From Octopus vulgaris (lineage: Eukaryota), in assembly GCA_951406725.2 (NCBI GenBank), contig OX597824.1, positions 81,964,001-82,028,000 of the forward strand: a stretch of DNA of 64,000 nucleotides, read 5' to 3'. The notes under the pieces were generated by a model, which saw only the letters and a program-made list of their open reading frames with translations, ran no database searches and had not been told where the DNA came from. A program made the translations under genes and the position numbers. Positions within the stretch are counted from its first letter, which is position 1, and every line of letters begins with the position of its first letter. Shown here piece by piece: positions 15,632 to 32,303 of this stretch.

Positions 15632-16066
15632 GCACAATTACTACCTCAAGGACATGTATTACATCAAAAATTCTACCTTGGGGATGCAAATCCTCTCAGT
15701 CGCGTACGACATAATGCGGTACCAGCACAAAAATGAAGCGTCCATCCCGTCTTTCTCTCAATGTAGAATGAGGAAGTTATATATATATATATATACACAC
15801 ACATGCATGTATGTATGTATATAGAATCTTTTCTACTCCAGGCACAAAGCACGTATATATATATAACCAGCAAAGCACATATGTGCTGACAGGAATTATA
15901 ATCGCCCGAAAACACCGTTCGAGAATTCTCCTATAGTGGCTGGTCAGTTTCGGCAATTTCCGTTACCTCAGCAGTAAGGGCTCGCCCCACTATGACAGAC
16001 GCCGGGCTCAGTTCTCTGTCAATCATACAAATGACTTATACAAGTAAAAGAATAAAAGAAAAAAAT

Positions 16067-16223
<157 letters not shown>

Positions 16224-16592
16224 GAAATATTATTATTTATAAGTCTCTCTAAAGGAGACTACGGCAGCGGTACTGGATATTAACAGTTATCACCAAGCTA
16301 ATATGGCAGTCCATAAATATAGGACTAAAGCTGCCGTTGTTTAGCTCCAAGAGGCCATTATAACCTTTGAACAAGGGGATGTCAGCCGCTTCCTCTTGCT
16401 GGTCAGGCATCTGCAGAAATGTTTCAGGGTATTTGCCCTTTATCAATGCAGAGTAGCCAATAATAAATAGATAGGCACAAATACGCACATACTCATGACA
16501 AGAGACTGAGAGATAGGGAGAGAGAAAGAGAGAGAAAGAGAGAAATACGTAGACAGGTATATATGTGTGTATATACATAGTATTTATCTATG

Positions 16593-16652
<60 letters not shown>

Positions 16653-17568
16653 CGCATGCATACATGCACATACAAATTTGATACATACACTTACATACAG
16701 ACATTCACATAGATTCAGTTTGAAACAATATGAACGACTTGGACTTGATTACATAACAAAACACTTCAACATATGATATCATAAATTATTTTTAAAAAAG
16801 TCATCGGAATATTGGTAAACAAGTCTTTATGTATCTCTTATGTTTCTGTAACGATTCAATGATTCAAATATGCTGTTTTTATAAGAACATAGAGCAGTAC
16901 AAATTCATATCTTTTGCCAAGATTTTCCTTCTGTCTCTTCTCTGGTCGTTCTGTCTCCACTCGGGAGGACAATGTCCTTGGTATTATTGAAAAAATTATG
17001 ATGGAAAATTTCTTTTTGGAATATTTTTCAAGTATTAATTTTCTCTGTGATGAGAATTTTAATTAGTAAATTTTAATTAGTGACTGTCAGACTTGAATTA
17101 GTTATGTTATGATATCAGATAAATTTCTTGATAAAAAATAATATGGTTTATTTTAGACATATTTGTGAGATGACGCTTACGATAATATAGTGATAAACAT
17201 ACATACTCACACACATACGCACACATATACACACAAACAAACACACACACACACACCTACACAAACGCACGCACACACATGTGTGTAATATGTGTTGTGT
17301 TATATATGTATGTATACATATATACATGCACAGACTTAGATAGGGAGAATGATTGATAGAAAGATAAATAGATATAGATGTAAATCGATTGATCGATAGA
17401 TAAATACGCAGATAGATATAGATGAAGATTTAGATAACAAGTCAGCCTTTAATAACCAGTGAGCCTTTAATTCAAATACATAAACATATGTACATATCTA
17501 TATTTGCACTTTTTCTTGCGCATAAGATCTCCATAAACACACCTATATAATACATATGCACACACACA

Positions 17569-17617
<49 letters not shown>

Positions 17618-17618
<1 letters not shown>

Positions 17619-18017
17619 CTCTTTACTCTTTACTCTTTTACTTGTTTCAGTCATTTGACTGCGGCCATGCTGGAGCACCGCCTTTAGTCGAGCAAATCGA
17701 CCCCAGGACTTATTCTTTGTAAGCCCAGTACTTATTCTATCGGTCTCTTTTGCCGAACCGCTAAGTGACGGGGACGTAAACACACCAGCATCGGTTGTCA
17801 AGCAATGCTAGGGGACAAACACAGACACACAAACACACACACACATACATATATACATATATACGACAGGCTTCTTTCAGTTTCCGTCTACCAAATCCAC
17901 TCACAAGGCATTGGTCGGCCCGGGGCTATAGCAGAAGACACTTGCCCAAGATGCCACGCAGTGGGACTGAACCCAGAACCATGTGGTTGGTTAGCAAGCT
18001 ACTTAGCACACAGCCAC
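17618..18017 (-). mobile_element. SINE family A, full length, well preserved
   Basis: (TACTCTTT)n tail, body and tRNA-like head all present. Confidence 0.9.
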
Positions 18018-18020
18018 TGC

Positions 18021-18300
18021 TGAGAATTCACAAAACAAAAGACGAAGTCAGGTGGTGTAGAAAACAAAGAGATGTATTAGTTTAACGCGCGGGAATTGAA
18101 AAATTCCTTAACGTTTCGAGCCTACGCTCTTTCCCAGAAAGGAACACAGAAATAAACAAGGAGAGAAAATAAAGAATGTGTAGTGGCTAGCGATCTATCA
18201 TGGCGAATGCAGGACAGAAGGGTCACACAGGAGAGCTAGGTAGAAGGAGAGATAACAAAGTGGTGGTGATCCCAAAACGAAAGTGCACGTGCGTGTGTAT
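18021..18300 (-). mobile_element. Short PLE pLTR-like element with a degenerate hammerhead (18104-18144)
   Basis: Minus strand TTCCTT TCTGGGAA A GAGC GTAG GCTC GAAA CGT TAAGGAA: stems present, core non-canonical. Confidence 0.45.
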
Positions 18301-18320
18301 AAGAGATTTTGTATGTGCTT

Positions 18321-18363
<43 letters not shown>

Positions 18364-18389
18364 TTGTTGTCCTTTATCCTTTATCCTTT

Positions 18390-18560
18390 ACATGTTTCAG
18401 TCATTAGACTGCAGCCATGCTGGAGGCATTCCAGTACTTATATTTTAAGCCTGGTCCTTATTGTATGCGTCTCTTTTGCCGAGCCTTTAAGTTACGGGAA
18501 TGCAAACACACCAACATCGGTTGTCATGCAGTGGATGGGGAGAGAGACAAACGCAGAAAG
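18390..18560 (-). mobile_element. SINE family A 3' fragment
   Basis: CATGTTTCAGTCATTAGACTGCAGCCATGCTGGAG...CAAACACACCAACATCGGTTGTCA. Confidence 0.7.
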
Positions 18561-18604
18561 ACACGCACACATAGATATACATACATATATATATGTGTGC
18601 GTGT

Positions 18605-18925
<321 letters not shown>

Positions 18926-18944
18926 ATAGGTATACACAAATGTT

Positions 18945-19152
18945 CGCACGCCGGGCGAAATGCTTAGCGCTATTTCGTCTGCGTTACGTTGTGAGTTCAA
19001 ATTCCGCCGAGGTCGACTTTGCCTTTCATCCTTTCAGGGTCGATAAATTAAGTACCAGTTACGAACTGGGGTCGAAGTAATCGACTTAATACCTATGTAT
19101 GATCTTGTTTGTTCCCTCTGTGTTTGGCCCCTTGTGGGTAATAAAGAAATAG
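18945..19152 (+). mobile_element. SINE family B
   Basis: GCACGCCGGGCGAAATGCTTAGCG...GAGGTCGACTTTGCCTTTCATCC...GGGTAATAAAGAAATAGG. Confidence 0.85.
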
Positions 19153-19631
19153 GTATATACACACACACACACACACACCTATACATATATATATACGACG
19201 GGCTTCTTTCGGTTTCCGTCTAACAGATCCATCCACAAGGCTTTGGTCGGCTCTACCAGCATCCAGCCACGTGACCACCAGGCGGTTTCGATCTCTTTGT
19301 GATCATTCTCGGTGGTGGATATTCGTCCTTAAGAAATAACACCAGTTCACTCCGGCCCGCAATATACAGAGAACAATTGTCACACAGTCACTGATCTTGC
19401 AACAAGCAAATTAACGAGCGAGAAAATCTCTATAAAAGATGAAAGCATTAACTATACTGAAAATTAGAGCCGCAGCCAAATGACTGAAACAAGTAAAAGA
19501 GTAAAAGAGTAAAGATGCCTCTGGTTTAGATCGAACGCAGAATCGCTCGATTATGATGCGAAATCCTTAAATACACACCCATATGCACAGACACACACAT
19601 ATAGAGACACGCACGCACATATATATGTATG

Positions 19632-19716
<85 letters not shown>

Positions 19717-19777
19717 GCGTGTGAATGATTGTGTGTTAAGCGGATAAGTGTGCTTGTGTGTGTATGTGTGTTTGCGT

Positions 19778-19810
<33 letters not shown>

Positions 19811-19958
19811 AAGAGAGAAGGGGTGGGTGGAATTGAGAAATAGAGATAAAGATATAGTGAGAGAGAAAGAAAGGAAGAAAGAAAGAGTGAGAAAGAGAGT
19901 GAGTAACAGAAAGAGAGAGAGTGAGAGACAGACAGACAGACTGAGGAAGAGAGAGAGG

Positions 19959-19997
<39 letters not shown>

Positions 19998-20991
19998 GTC
20001 TAAATGAAGTGTTCTTAACGCTGTTGCAGTCCATTAATAAAATATACGGCGTCATTCGTCTCAGGAATTTCATTTTTCACGTTATTTTCACAAACTTCGT
20101 CTCAGAGACAAGTATTCCAGAAATGTTATTATTTTAGGCGGTGAAGTAGCAGAAATGATATATTGAGTTCGATAAAAATGGCTTATGGTATTTAGTTGCA
20201 TCCCTTAATGTTGTCTATTCATAGAGCGCGAAGGACAGAATTCGCCTTTACTCCTTCAATATTTGTTGCTATCGTTGTTGCTTAACCCTCACCCCCAGCT
20301 GATCTCGAATCGAATATACTTATTCCGATAGAGAATGTCATCCGTGGGTCGTTTTAAAAAAATCACAGGGTATTTTGAATGCTTCTGTTAGTTTCCACAT
20401 GGGCTGCGCCTGGTTTTTGATTGAAGGTGACATTCTCCAATCACTCACTTCTTCGGGCATTTTCCGTGACCCTTTAAAAGGACTCCATGTGCATAACCAT
20501 CTCTCCTTATCTCTTATATAAAATCCGTTATGTCTGTCTGAGTGTGTGGCTTCTAGGATCTCGGGCATCCTCCATTCGATTACGCTCAAATTTGATATGT
20601 AGATACCGACGGTATCAGGATGTATAAGTCTTGAAAAAATTACAAAAATCAATTCAAGGTGAGAATGCGATCGATAAAGCCGTGGGAAGTCGTTTTTCTT
20701 TGGAAGAGAAAAAGATTCTATCTTTATTTCTTATTTTGCTGGTGTCTGAAATTTAGGTTAAATCAGTGTTTCTCAAAGGAGAAGCCTATGGGACGGTTGG
20801 ACAAGTTGTTTTGTGAAAATTTGGTTTAAATGTTTGATAACTCAGCACCGTCCATCGGAGGGGGTGCGTTTTGCTCGTTAGAAAATAAACATGTCTACTA
20901 TAGGCACAAGGCTTGCAATTTTGAGGAAGGTGCAAGTCGATTACATCGAACTCAGTACTCTATAGGATGAAACAAGGAGAGAAAATAAAGA

Positions 20992-21642
20992 ATACCCATA
21001 CAACAACTTAGGACAACCCAAGGAAGAGGAAAACAAGAACAAGTCATACCATTCATAGTGACACACAACCCATGTCACCAGAATATCTTCAACATTGCCA
21101 AAGCAAACCTACCAATCATTGCCCAAAGTAATGAATTAAAAGACATAATCACGGATCGAGCTATGGTGCTTAGTAAAAGACAGCCTAAAAACTTGAAAAC
21201 ATTACTAACAAAGGCAAAATTTGACCTCAGCAACAAAGACCAAACATTCACGGTATCTAAATGCAATGATAGCCGATGTGACACATGCTAATTCATACAT
21301 ACCGGTCAATATATAAACACAAAAACCGGGAAAATATTCACAAACGCGAATATGAACTGCAAAATCAGAAATTTAATTTACTGCATCAAATGCCCAAATT
21401 GTGAAGAAATATATGTAGGTCAGACGGGAAACGCACTATTAGAACGCTCACGTGTACACCGGCAACAGATTAGAGACCCAGAGGTCCGTCAGATACCTTT
21501 GAGTAACCACCTAGCAACATGTGGCCGGAAAATGTATATAATATTTCCGTTCTACAAATTACACAGCCCAAGTGAAATCGAGAGGAGAATCAGAGAAAAG
21601 AATTTTATTGATAAATTCGAACCCAAGCTAAATAAGCAATAA
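20992..21642 (+). pseudogene. Penelope-like element (Neptune-like) 3' ORF fragment: linker plus GIY-YIG endonuclease, one in-frame TAA
   Basis: Single frame IPIQQLR...IPFIVTHNP...RQPKNLKTLL...KCNDSRCDTC*FIHTG...NCKIRNLIYCIKCPNCEEIYVGQTG...R..H...NHL...ERRIREKNFIDKFEPKLN. LIY/YVG motifs, catalytic R/E/N and extra CxxC are present. Confidence 0.88.
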
Positions 21643-22300
21643 TAATAATACTTAGAGGTATTACTTCCACTGCTACGACCATGACCACTAACAACAACAA
21701 CAATACTAAAGGTGATCAAGATGAAGATAGCAGGAAAATTATCTTATTTAGGGTTAAAAGTTCTATTGCCACCACCATCACCACTAGCAACAATAATTAA
21801 GGTGCTGACAATGATGATGATGACAATTGAAATATAAAAATATAAAAATCTCTGACAAAGACTATTTACAACATTTCTAAAAATAACCCAACAATTGCTG
21901 CTTCGGCCAGGGTCAAGATACAGGACTCTTGACATGTCCAACAAAGCGTGATGCCTAAACCAATCAGCTCAACCAACAAATCAGCTTAAGTAATTGAGTG
22001 ATACTACACACTGATTGGTCAGAATACAGTTTGCAAAACCTAGCACTCTGGAGCCTACCCAGCTGTATTTATAGCACAGAATCAATCGACTTGCTACAGT
22101 CAAAAATTGTGAAGCATGACTGTCAACACTACTACATGAACCCGAAGATTGCAGAATTCAATGCATGAAAGTACTCGTTCAATCAGAATGAACATTTAAC
22201 ATTCTACTATTTCATTTTATTTTATTCAATTATAATTATAAGATTGTAAATAAAACGTGAAAATCAGACAAGGTTGGAATTCTTTTTATTAATATATTCT
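21643..22300 (+). mobile_element. 3' UTR/pseudo-LTR of the Neptune-like PLE with CCAAT/TATA-like motifs, hammerhead and AATAAA
   Basis: CCAATCAG at 21961, CTGATTGG at 22011, TATTTATAG at ~22066, HHR at 22137-22181 and AATAAA at ~22249. Confidence 0.6.
22137..22181 (+). ncRNA. Minimal hammerhead ribozyme, U4C variant core
   Basis: TGAAC CCGAAGA T TGCA GAATTCAA TGCA T GAAA GTAC TC GTTCA: stem I TGAAC/GTTCA, stem II TGCA/TGCA, palindromic stem III. Confidence 0.65.
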
Positions 22301-22321
22301 TCTATACACAATCACTCACAC

Positions 22322-22369
<48 letters not shown>

Positions 22370-22370
22370 C

Positions 22371-22405
<35 letters not shown>

Positions 22406-22464
22406 TGTATGTATGTATGTATGTGTGTGTATGCTTGTGTGTGTGTGTGTGTGTGTATATATGT

Positions 22465-22670
22465 GTGTATCTGTGTTTGTCCCCCCAGCATTGCTTGACA
22501 ACCGATGCTGGTGTGTTTACATCCCCGTAACTTAGCGGTTCGGCAAAAGAGGCCGATAAAATAAGTACTAAGTTTACAAAGAATACGTCCAGGGATCGAT
22601 TTGCTCGACTAAAGGCGGTGCTCCAACACGGCCGCAGTCAAATGACTGAAACAAGTAAAAGAGTAAAAAG
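22465..22670 (+). mobile_element. SINE family A 3' half
   Basis: CTGTGTTTGTCCCCCCAGCATTGCTTGACAACCGATGC...GAAACAAGTAAAAGAGTAAAA. Confidence 0.85.
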
Positions 22671-22913
22671 AATAAATTTTAAAAAATGGATTTTCGGACA
22701 TTGGGCAGCCGCGCGTACGATAACTATATCAGCATTTGGCAACGCAGGCCTTCCTCAGACTCAAGCAACCACTGCCTGCCTCTCTCCCTCACTAAGTCGT
22801 GTTAAGGCATCAGTCGCATTTGAACGAAAATAGTGCTGGAAAATAGAAATCCGACATACGACCAGATCGACTTACGACCTGTCAGTCGGAACGGAATTCT
22901 GTCGTAAGTCGAG

Positions 22914-24840
<1,927 letters not shown>

Positions 24841-24846
24841 ATGTAG

Positions 24847-24893
<47 letters not shown>

Positions 24894-24971
24894 TGTATAT
24901 GCATTTGTATATATATATATATATACATATATGTATATGTATTTGTATATATATGTATATATATATGTATG

Positions 24972-25019
<48 letters not shown>

Positions 25020-25102
25020 GGTCCCGGGTTGATTCGGGGTTAACCACAGTAAGTAAGGTACTCAATACATAGCAGAGTAAAATTAATTTATTATATAGAA
25101 GG

Positions 25103-25153
25103 AGCTTCTACAGGACTAGTACTGTTTCATTCAAGAGAAATCTTCAGGAAGCT
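25103..25153 (-). ncRNA. Hammerhead ribozyme (type I) in the PLE 3' end
   Basis: AGCTTC CTGAAGA T TTC TCTT GAA T GAAA CAG TACTAGTC CTG TA GAAGCT. Confidence 0.8.
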
Positions 25154-25472
25154 ATTTAACAAGAATTGTATTAGCATTTATACATTTAGGCAGGTTTAAA
25201 GGAGTGGTGGTGGGGGACTTTTTGGGGGTAGGCATAGCGCAAAATATCATACTTGGGGGAGTGGTCAAGGAGTCAGTGGTAAGTTAGATGAAAGAATAGA
25301 TAAATAAAAAAATAAAAAAATAAAAAAATAAAAAAATATATATAAAAAATATATATATAAAAAAAATATATATATATAACAAAAGGGGGGATAGAGTTAT
25401 AGGTAAATAAGGAGATTCTCACTTATACCTATACACACATGTATACGTATCTACACACACATATATATACAC

Positions 25473-25529
<57 letters not shown>

Positions 25530-25975
25530 TACACACATACATACATATCTACATACACACATACATACACCCGCCCACATATACAAATTTATACACATGC
25601 ACATGCCTATACCTGTCTACACATACACACACGTATATATGCATACACTCACTCCCATGCATGCACGCATACACACATGTATATATATATATATATACCC
25701 ACGACCACACATACATATATACACAGAAAAATATATATTCATACGCACATACACTCATGCACACACAACACACCTAGTTCCCTATATACACATATTTACA
25801 CCTATATATACATACACCCACATACACCTATGTACATATATATATATATATATATATACATATACACGCATACATATATATACATGTGTGCACATACATA
25901 CATACACACATATACATACACATACACATACACATGTGTACCTATACATACCTACACATACACACATACATACAT

Positions 25976-26012
<37 letters not shown>

Positions 26013-26407
26013 CCAATACAGGCCCATTCCCTAATTTTAATTTTATTATCTTCATTTATTACTTTTGTTATCTTTGATCGCTAGAGCTAAGAATCCTGGC
26101 TATGGCTGCATGTCCATTTGTCTGTCTACTAGAAGGCAAGTACTCATTCCCGCACGCACACTCATTAGCACGTACATTCACCCATTCGTACACTCATACA
26201 CATACACGTACGCACGCGTTATATTCATACATACAAACATCTACATACGTTCACGTATATACACATACGTACTCGTACCTACAGATTCGTGTCTACACTT
26301 TAGGAGGCTAGTCTATACATATACACCAATAAATATACATATATATATATATATACACACATATACATACACACACACACATATATACTCCTACATACAG
26401 ATACATA

Positions 26408-26467
<60 letters not shown>

Positions 26468-26639
26468 CATACACATACACACATACATATACACACACAT
26501 ACATACACATATATATACATACACAAACATATATACACACATATATATACATACACACATACACACATACATACGTATACATACATACATACATCCATAC
26601 ATCCATACTTACATGCATTTATACGCATACACACACCCA

Positions 26640-26678
<39 letters not shown>

Positions 26679-26958
26679 TCACACATACATATACAAATCT
26701 ACGCACACACATACATACATACACGTATACACATACACGCACATACACATATACATGCGTACCCATACACGTGCACACACGCACGCGCATCCATATATAT
26801 ACACACACACACATATATATACACGTGTGCAAGCATACATACATACTCATACGCGCACACATACTTACATATACATATATGCACACACTTACACACATAT
26901 ATATACATACACATATACATGCATACATACATATATGCATACATACACACACGCACTC

Positions 26959-27009
<51 letters not shown>

Positions 27010-27283
27010 CACATACATACACATACACATACATACACATATACATACACATATATACACATACATACACATATACACATACATATATACACATATACAT
27101 ACATATACATACACACACACATACATATATACATATACACTGATACACATACCCATACATATATATATATATATACACACACACACATATACACATGCAT
27201 ATACTTATATCACTACATACTCACATATATAAACATATATACATATACACACACACATATATACATGTACATACACATACGTA

Positions 27284-27351
<68 letters not shown>

Positions 27352-27995
27352 TACATATACACATATACATGTATACATACGCAATAATGATACACATATA
27401 TACACATACACACACACAGACAGATGCATATACATACATATATATATATAAATTACATATCTATATAAATACATACATAATACACATATACACACACATA
27501 TATATACATTCATGCATATACATATACAAGTATACATACACATACATACACACACACGCGCACACATACATATACACACACACATATACAAATACATACA
27601 TACACACATACACACACACATATATATACATACATGTACACATATACATATATATATATATCAACAAGGGAGGGTAAAGTTAATTAGTTATTAATCAATT
27701 TCATCAAGTGTTCAGTATGTAAAGGGACCATTATTATTTTGAGTAAACAATGTTAGAGGGAAAAAAATTCTCTAAGTAGTGGAAGAGGCTAAAAAACTTT
27801 ATTGGCTGCTATTTCTAGAAAGTTTAGTATGTGGCAAAGTAATTTATTTTATTTTACTAAGCCCTAATTATATAATATTTTATACATACATACACATACA
27901 TAAACACATACATTTACACATACATATGCATATACATATATACACATATACATACAAACACATATACACATATACACACACACACACATACAAGC

Positions 27996-28036
<41 letters not shown>

Positions 28037-28258
28037 AATATATATACATATATATTTTTACATGCATACATACACACACACACACATAATACATGCGTAT
28101 ATTCCTACTGTACCCATGCATTTCTATACATATATACATACATACGATACACATATACAAGCGTGCACATATAATATGTGAAAGGTCTTAGGAGAAAAGG
28201 TAATCGGGGGTGCTAGGGGAACAGTGGGGTTGGGGGGGGTTGTAGGGGGGGGTTGTCA

Positions 28259-28956
28259 TCAATCAGGTTGCCGGGTAGGTCTATAGTTCTTGTAGTTCGC
28301 ATACTTCTTATGCATGCAATTTGGGGAGTGTTCTGAAAATTTGTTAAGGAGAGGGCCTTTGGCGAACAAGATCTCTAGGCTCTCTGATATGCATAGGTCA
28401 CAGCAGGTATGTCCTCCTGTGTACGAGCGCGCCTTCTGTAGTAGTTTCCACTTGGTCTTGAAGGGGATTGAGTTCCTTTTAAGGTACCAGATGTGGGCGG
28501 CGAGGGTAGTTTGGTTGGATTTATCCTGTCGCCGGAACGAGTGTGTATGTGCGTACCAGCGGGTCTTAAAGCTGTTTGACGTCATTCCAATGTAGGATTT
28601 ACTTTTATCGTCAAGGCCTGATCTTACCTCGCATTTATATACTAGGTCCCTCTGTAGGCAGTTGTTGTTGAGGGGGCAGGTGGTTTTATCATGGCAGTTG
28701 CAATTGCTATCGGACGTTGGATGGGCCCCGGAGAAAGTAGATATGTTAAGTTTTTTCACATTGTTGTTGGCTAGGTTCCTGGCTAGGTTGGGCGTGGTAG
28801 AGTAGGAGAGTCTAATAGTGTTCTTATTTAGGATAGTGTAGTACTTATGTTGGGTGGGGAAGTGTTTCTGTAGGAGAGTGAAAAAGATCTTAGCTACAGG
28901 TGTAGCGACCTCACGGTTGAAGGGGGGTTGTACCAGCTAATGTGTCTTCGTCTATT
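28259..28956 (-). pseudogene. PLE ORF 3' part: post-RT region plus GIY-YIG endonuclease, 5'-truncated, one frameshift in a C-run
   Basis: NRRRHISWYNP/(frameshift)/FNREVATPVAKIFFTLLQKHFPTQHKYYTILNKNTIRLSYSTTPNL...CNCHDKTTCPLNNNCLQRDLVYKCEV...YIGMTSNSFKTRWYAH...CDLCISE...LLN...CMH. This is a C-terminal-EN PLE of a different type from the one at 20992. Confidence 0.88.
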
Positions 28957-29296
28957 CCCTCTCCTTAACAAATTTTCAGAACACTCCCCAAATTGCATGC
29001 ATAAGAAGTATGCGAATTACAAGAACTATAGACCTACCCGGCAACCTGATTGATGACAACCCCCCTACAACCCCCCTACAACCCCCCTACAACCCCCCCC
29101 CAACCCCACTGTTCCCCTAGCACCCCCGATTACCTTTTCTCCTAAGACCTTTCACATATTATATGTGCACGCTTGTATATGTGTATCGTATGTATGTATA
29201 TATGTATAGAAATGCATGGGTACAGTAGGAATATACGCATGTATTATGTGTGTGTGTGTGTATGTATGCATGTAAAAATATATATGTATATATATT

Positions 29297-29335
<39 letters not shown>

Positions 29336-30334
29336 GCTTGTATGTGTGTGTGTGTGTATATGTGTATATGTGTTTGTATGTATTGTGTGTGTATATGTGT
29401 ATATGTGTTTGTATGTATATGTGTATATATATGTGCATAAGTATGCATGTATGTATGTATGTATGTTATGTATAAAATATTATATAATTAGGGCTTAGTA
29501 AAATAAAATAAATTACTTTGCCACATACTAAACTTTCTAGAAATAGCAGCCAATAAAGTTTTTTAGCCTCTTCCACTACTTAGAGAATTTTTTCCCTCTA
29601 ACATTGTTTACTCAAAATAATAATGGTCCCTTTACATACTGAACACTTGATGAAATTGATTAATAACTAATTAACTTTACCCTCCCTTGTTGATATATAT
29701 ATATATGTATATGTGTACATGTATGTATATATATGTGTGTGTGTATGTGTGTATGTATGTATTTGTATATGTGTGTGTGTATATGTATGTGTGCGCGTGT
29801 GTGTGTATGTATGTGTATGTATACTTGTATATGTATATGCATGAATGTATATATATGTGTGTGTATATGTGTATTATGTATGTATTTATATAGATATGTA
29901 ATTTATATATATATATGTATGTATATGCATCTGTCTGTGTGTGTGTATGTGTATATATGTGTATCATTATTGCGTATGTATACATGTATATGTGTATATG
30001 TATGTGTGTGTGTGTGTGTATGTGTATATATATATATATAGGTATATATATATATATATATATATATATGCATACGTATGTGTATGTACATGTATATATG
30101 TGTGTGTGTATATGTATATATGTTTATATATGTGAGTATGTAGTGATATAAGTATATGCATGTGTATATGTGTGTGTGTGTATATATATATATATGTATG
30201 GGTATGTGTATCAGTGTATATGTATATATGTATGTGTGTGTATGTATATGTATGTATATGTGTATATATGTATGTGTATATGTGTATGTATGTGTATATA
30301 TGTGTATGTATATGTGTATGTATGTGTATGTGTA

Positions 30335-30435
<101 letters not shown>

Positions 30436-30685
30436 ATGTATGCATGTATATGTGTATGTATATATATGTGTGTAAGTGTGTGCATATATGTATATGTAAG
30501 TATGTGTGCGCGTATGAGTATGTATGTATGCTTGCACACGTGTATATATATGTGTGTGTGTGTATATATATGGATGCGCGTGCGTGTGTGCACGTGTATG
30601 GGTACGCATGTATATGTGTATGTGCGTGTATGTGTATACGTGTATGTATGTATGTGTGTGCGTAGATTTGTATATGTATGTGTGA

Positions 30686-30716
<31 letters not shown>

Positions 30717-30875
30717 GATGGGTGTGTGTATGCGTATAAATGCATGTAAGTATGGATGTATGGAAGTATGTATGTATGTATACTTATGTATGTGTGTATG
30801 TTATATGTGTATATATGTATTTGTATGTATATATATGTGTATGTATGTGTGTGTATATGTATGTGTGTATGTGTA

Positions 30876-30944
<69 letters not shown>

Positions 30945-31334
30945 ATCTGTATGTAGGAGTATATATGTGTGTGTGTGTATGTATATGTGTGTATATATAT
31001 ATATATATGTATATTTATTGGTGTATATGTATAGACTAGCCTCCTAAAGTGTAGACACGAATCTGTAGGTACGAGTACGTATGTGTATATACGTGAACGT
31101 ATGTAGATGTTTGTATGTATGAATATAACGCGTGCGTACGTGTATGTGTATGAGTGTACGAATGGGTGAATGTACGTGCTAATGAGTGTGCGTGCGGGAA
31201 TGAGTACTTGCCTTCTAGTAGACAGACAAATGGACATGCAGCCATAGCCAGGATTCTTAGCTCTAGCGATCAAAGATAACAAAAGTAATAAATGAAGATA
31301 ATAAAATTAAAATTAGGGAATGGGCCTGTATTGG

Positions 31335-31373
<39 letters not shown>

Positions 31374-31484
31374 ATGTATGTATGTGTGTATGTGTAGGTA
31401 TGTATAGGTACACATGTGTATGTGTATGTGTATGTATATGTGTGTATGTATGTATGTGCACACATGTATATATATGTATGCGTG

Positions 31485-31522
<38 letters not shown>

Positions 31523-31827
31523 TAGGTGTATGTGGGTGTATGTATATATAGGTGTAAATATGTGTATATAGGGAACTAGGTGTGTTGTGTGTGCATGAGT
31601 GTATGTGCGTATGAATATATATTTTTCTGTGTATATATGTATGTGTGGTCGTGGGTATATATATATATATATACATGTGTGTATGCGTGCATGCATGGGA
31701 GTGAGTGTATGCATATATACGTGTGTGTATGTGTAGACAGGTATAGGCATGTGCATGTGTATAAATTTGTATATGTGGGCGGGTGTATGTATGTGTGTAT
31801 GTAGATATGTATGTATGTGTGTATATA

Positions 31828-31868
<41 letters not shown>

Positions 31869-32191
31869 ATATATATGTGTATATATATGTGTGTGTAGAT
31901 ACGTATACATGTGTGTATAGGTATAAGTGAGAATCTCCTTATTTACCTATAACTCTATCCCCCCTTTTTATATATATATTTTTATATATATATATATTTT
32001 TTATATATATTTTTTATTTTTTTATTTTTTTATTTTTTTATTTATCTATTCTTTCATCTAACTTACCACTGACTCCTTGACCACTCCCCCAAGTATGATA
32101 TTTTGCGCTATGCCTACCCCCAAAAAGTCCCCCACCACCACTCCTTTAAACCTGCCTAAATGTATAAATGCTAATACAATTCTTGTTAAAT

Positions 32192-32242
32192 AGCTTCCTG
32201 AAGATTTCTCTTGAATGAAACAGTACTAGTCCTGTAGAAGCT
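32192..32242 (+). ncRNA. Hammerhead ribozyme (type I), identical copy in the inverted arm
   Basis: Same sequence as 25103-25153: 6-bp stem I, intact CUGAAGA/GAAA core, GUA cleavage triplet. Confidence 0.8.
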
Positions 32243-32253
32243 CCTTCTATATA

Positions 32254-32303
<50 letters not shown>

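Noticed and set aside
21289-21291. In-frame stop in the PLE ORF as possible selenocysteine recoding
   Set aside because: The codon is TAA, not TGA, and is not at a Cys position.
26065-27387. 440-aa ORF and its 459-aa mirror (29903-31282)
   Set aside because: Open only because CA/TA repeats lack stops; the H/T/Y/I low-complexity product is antisense to the PLE.
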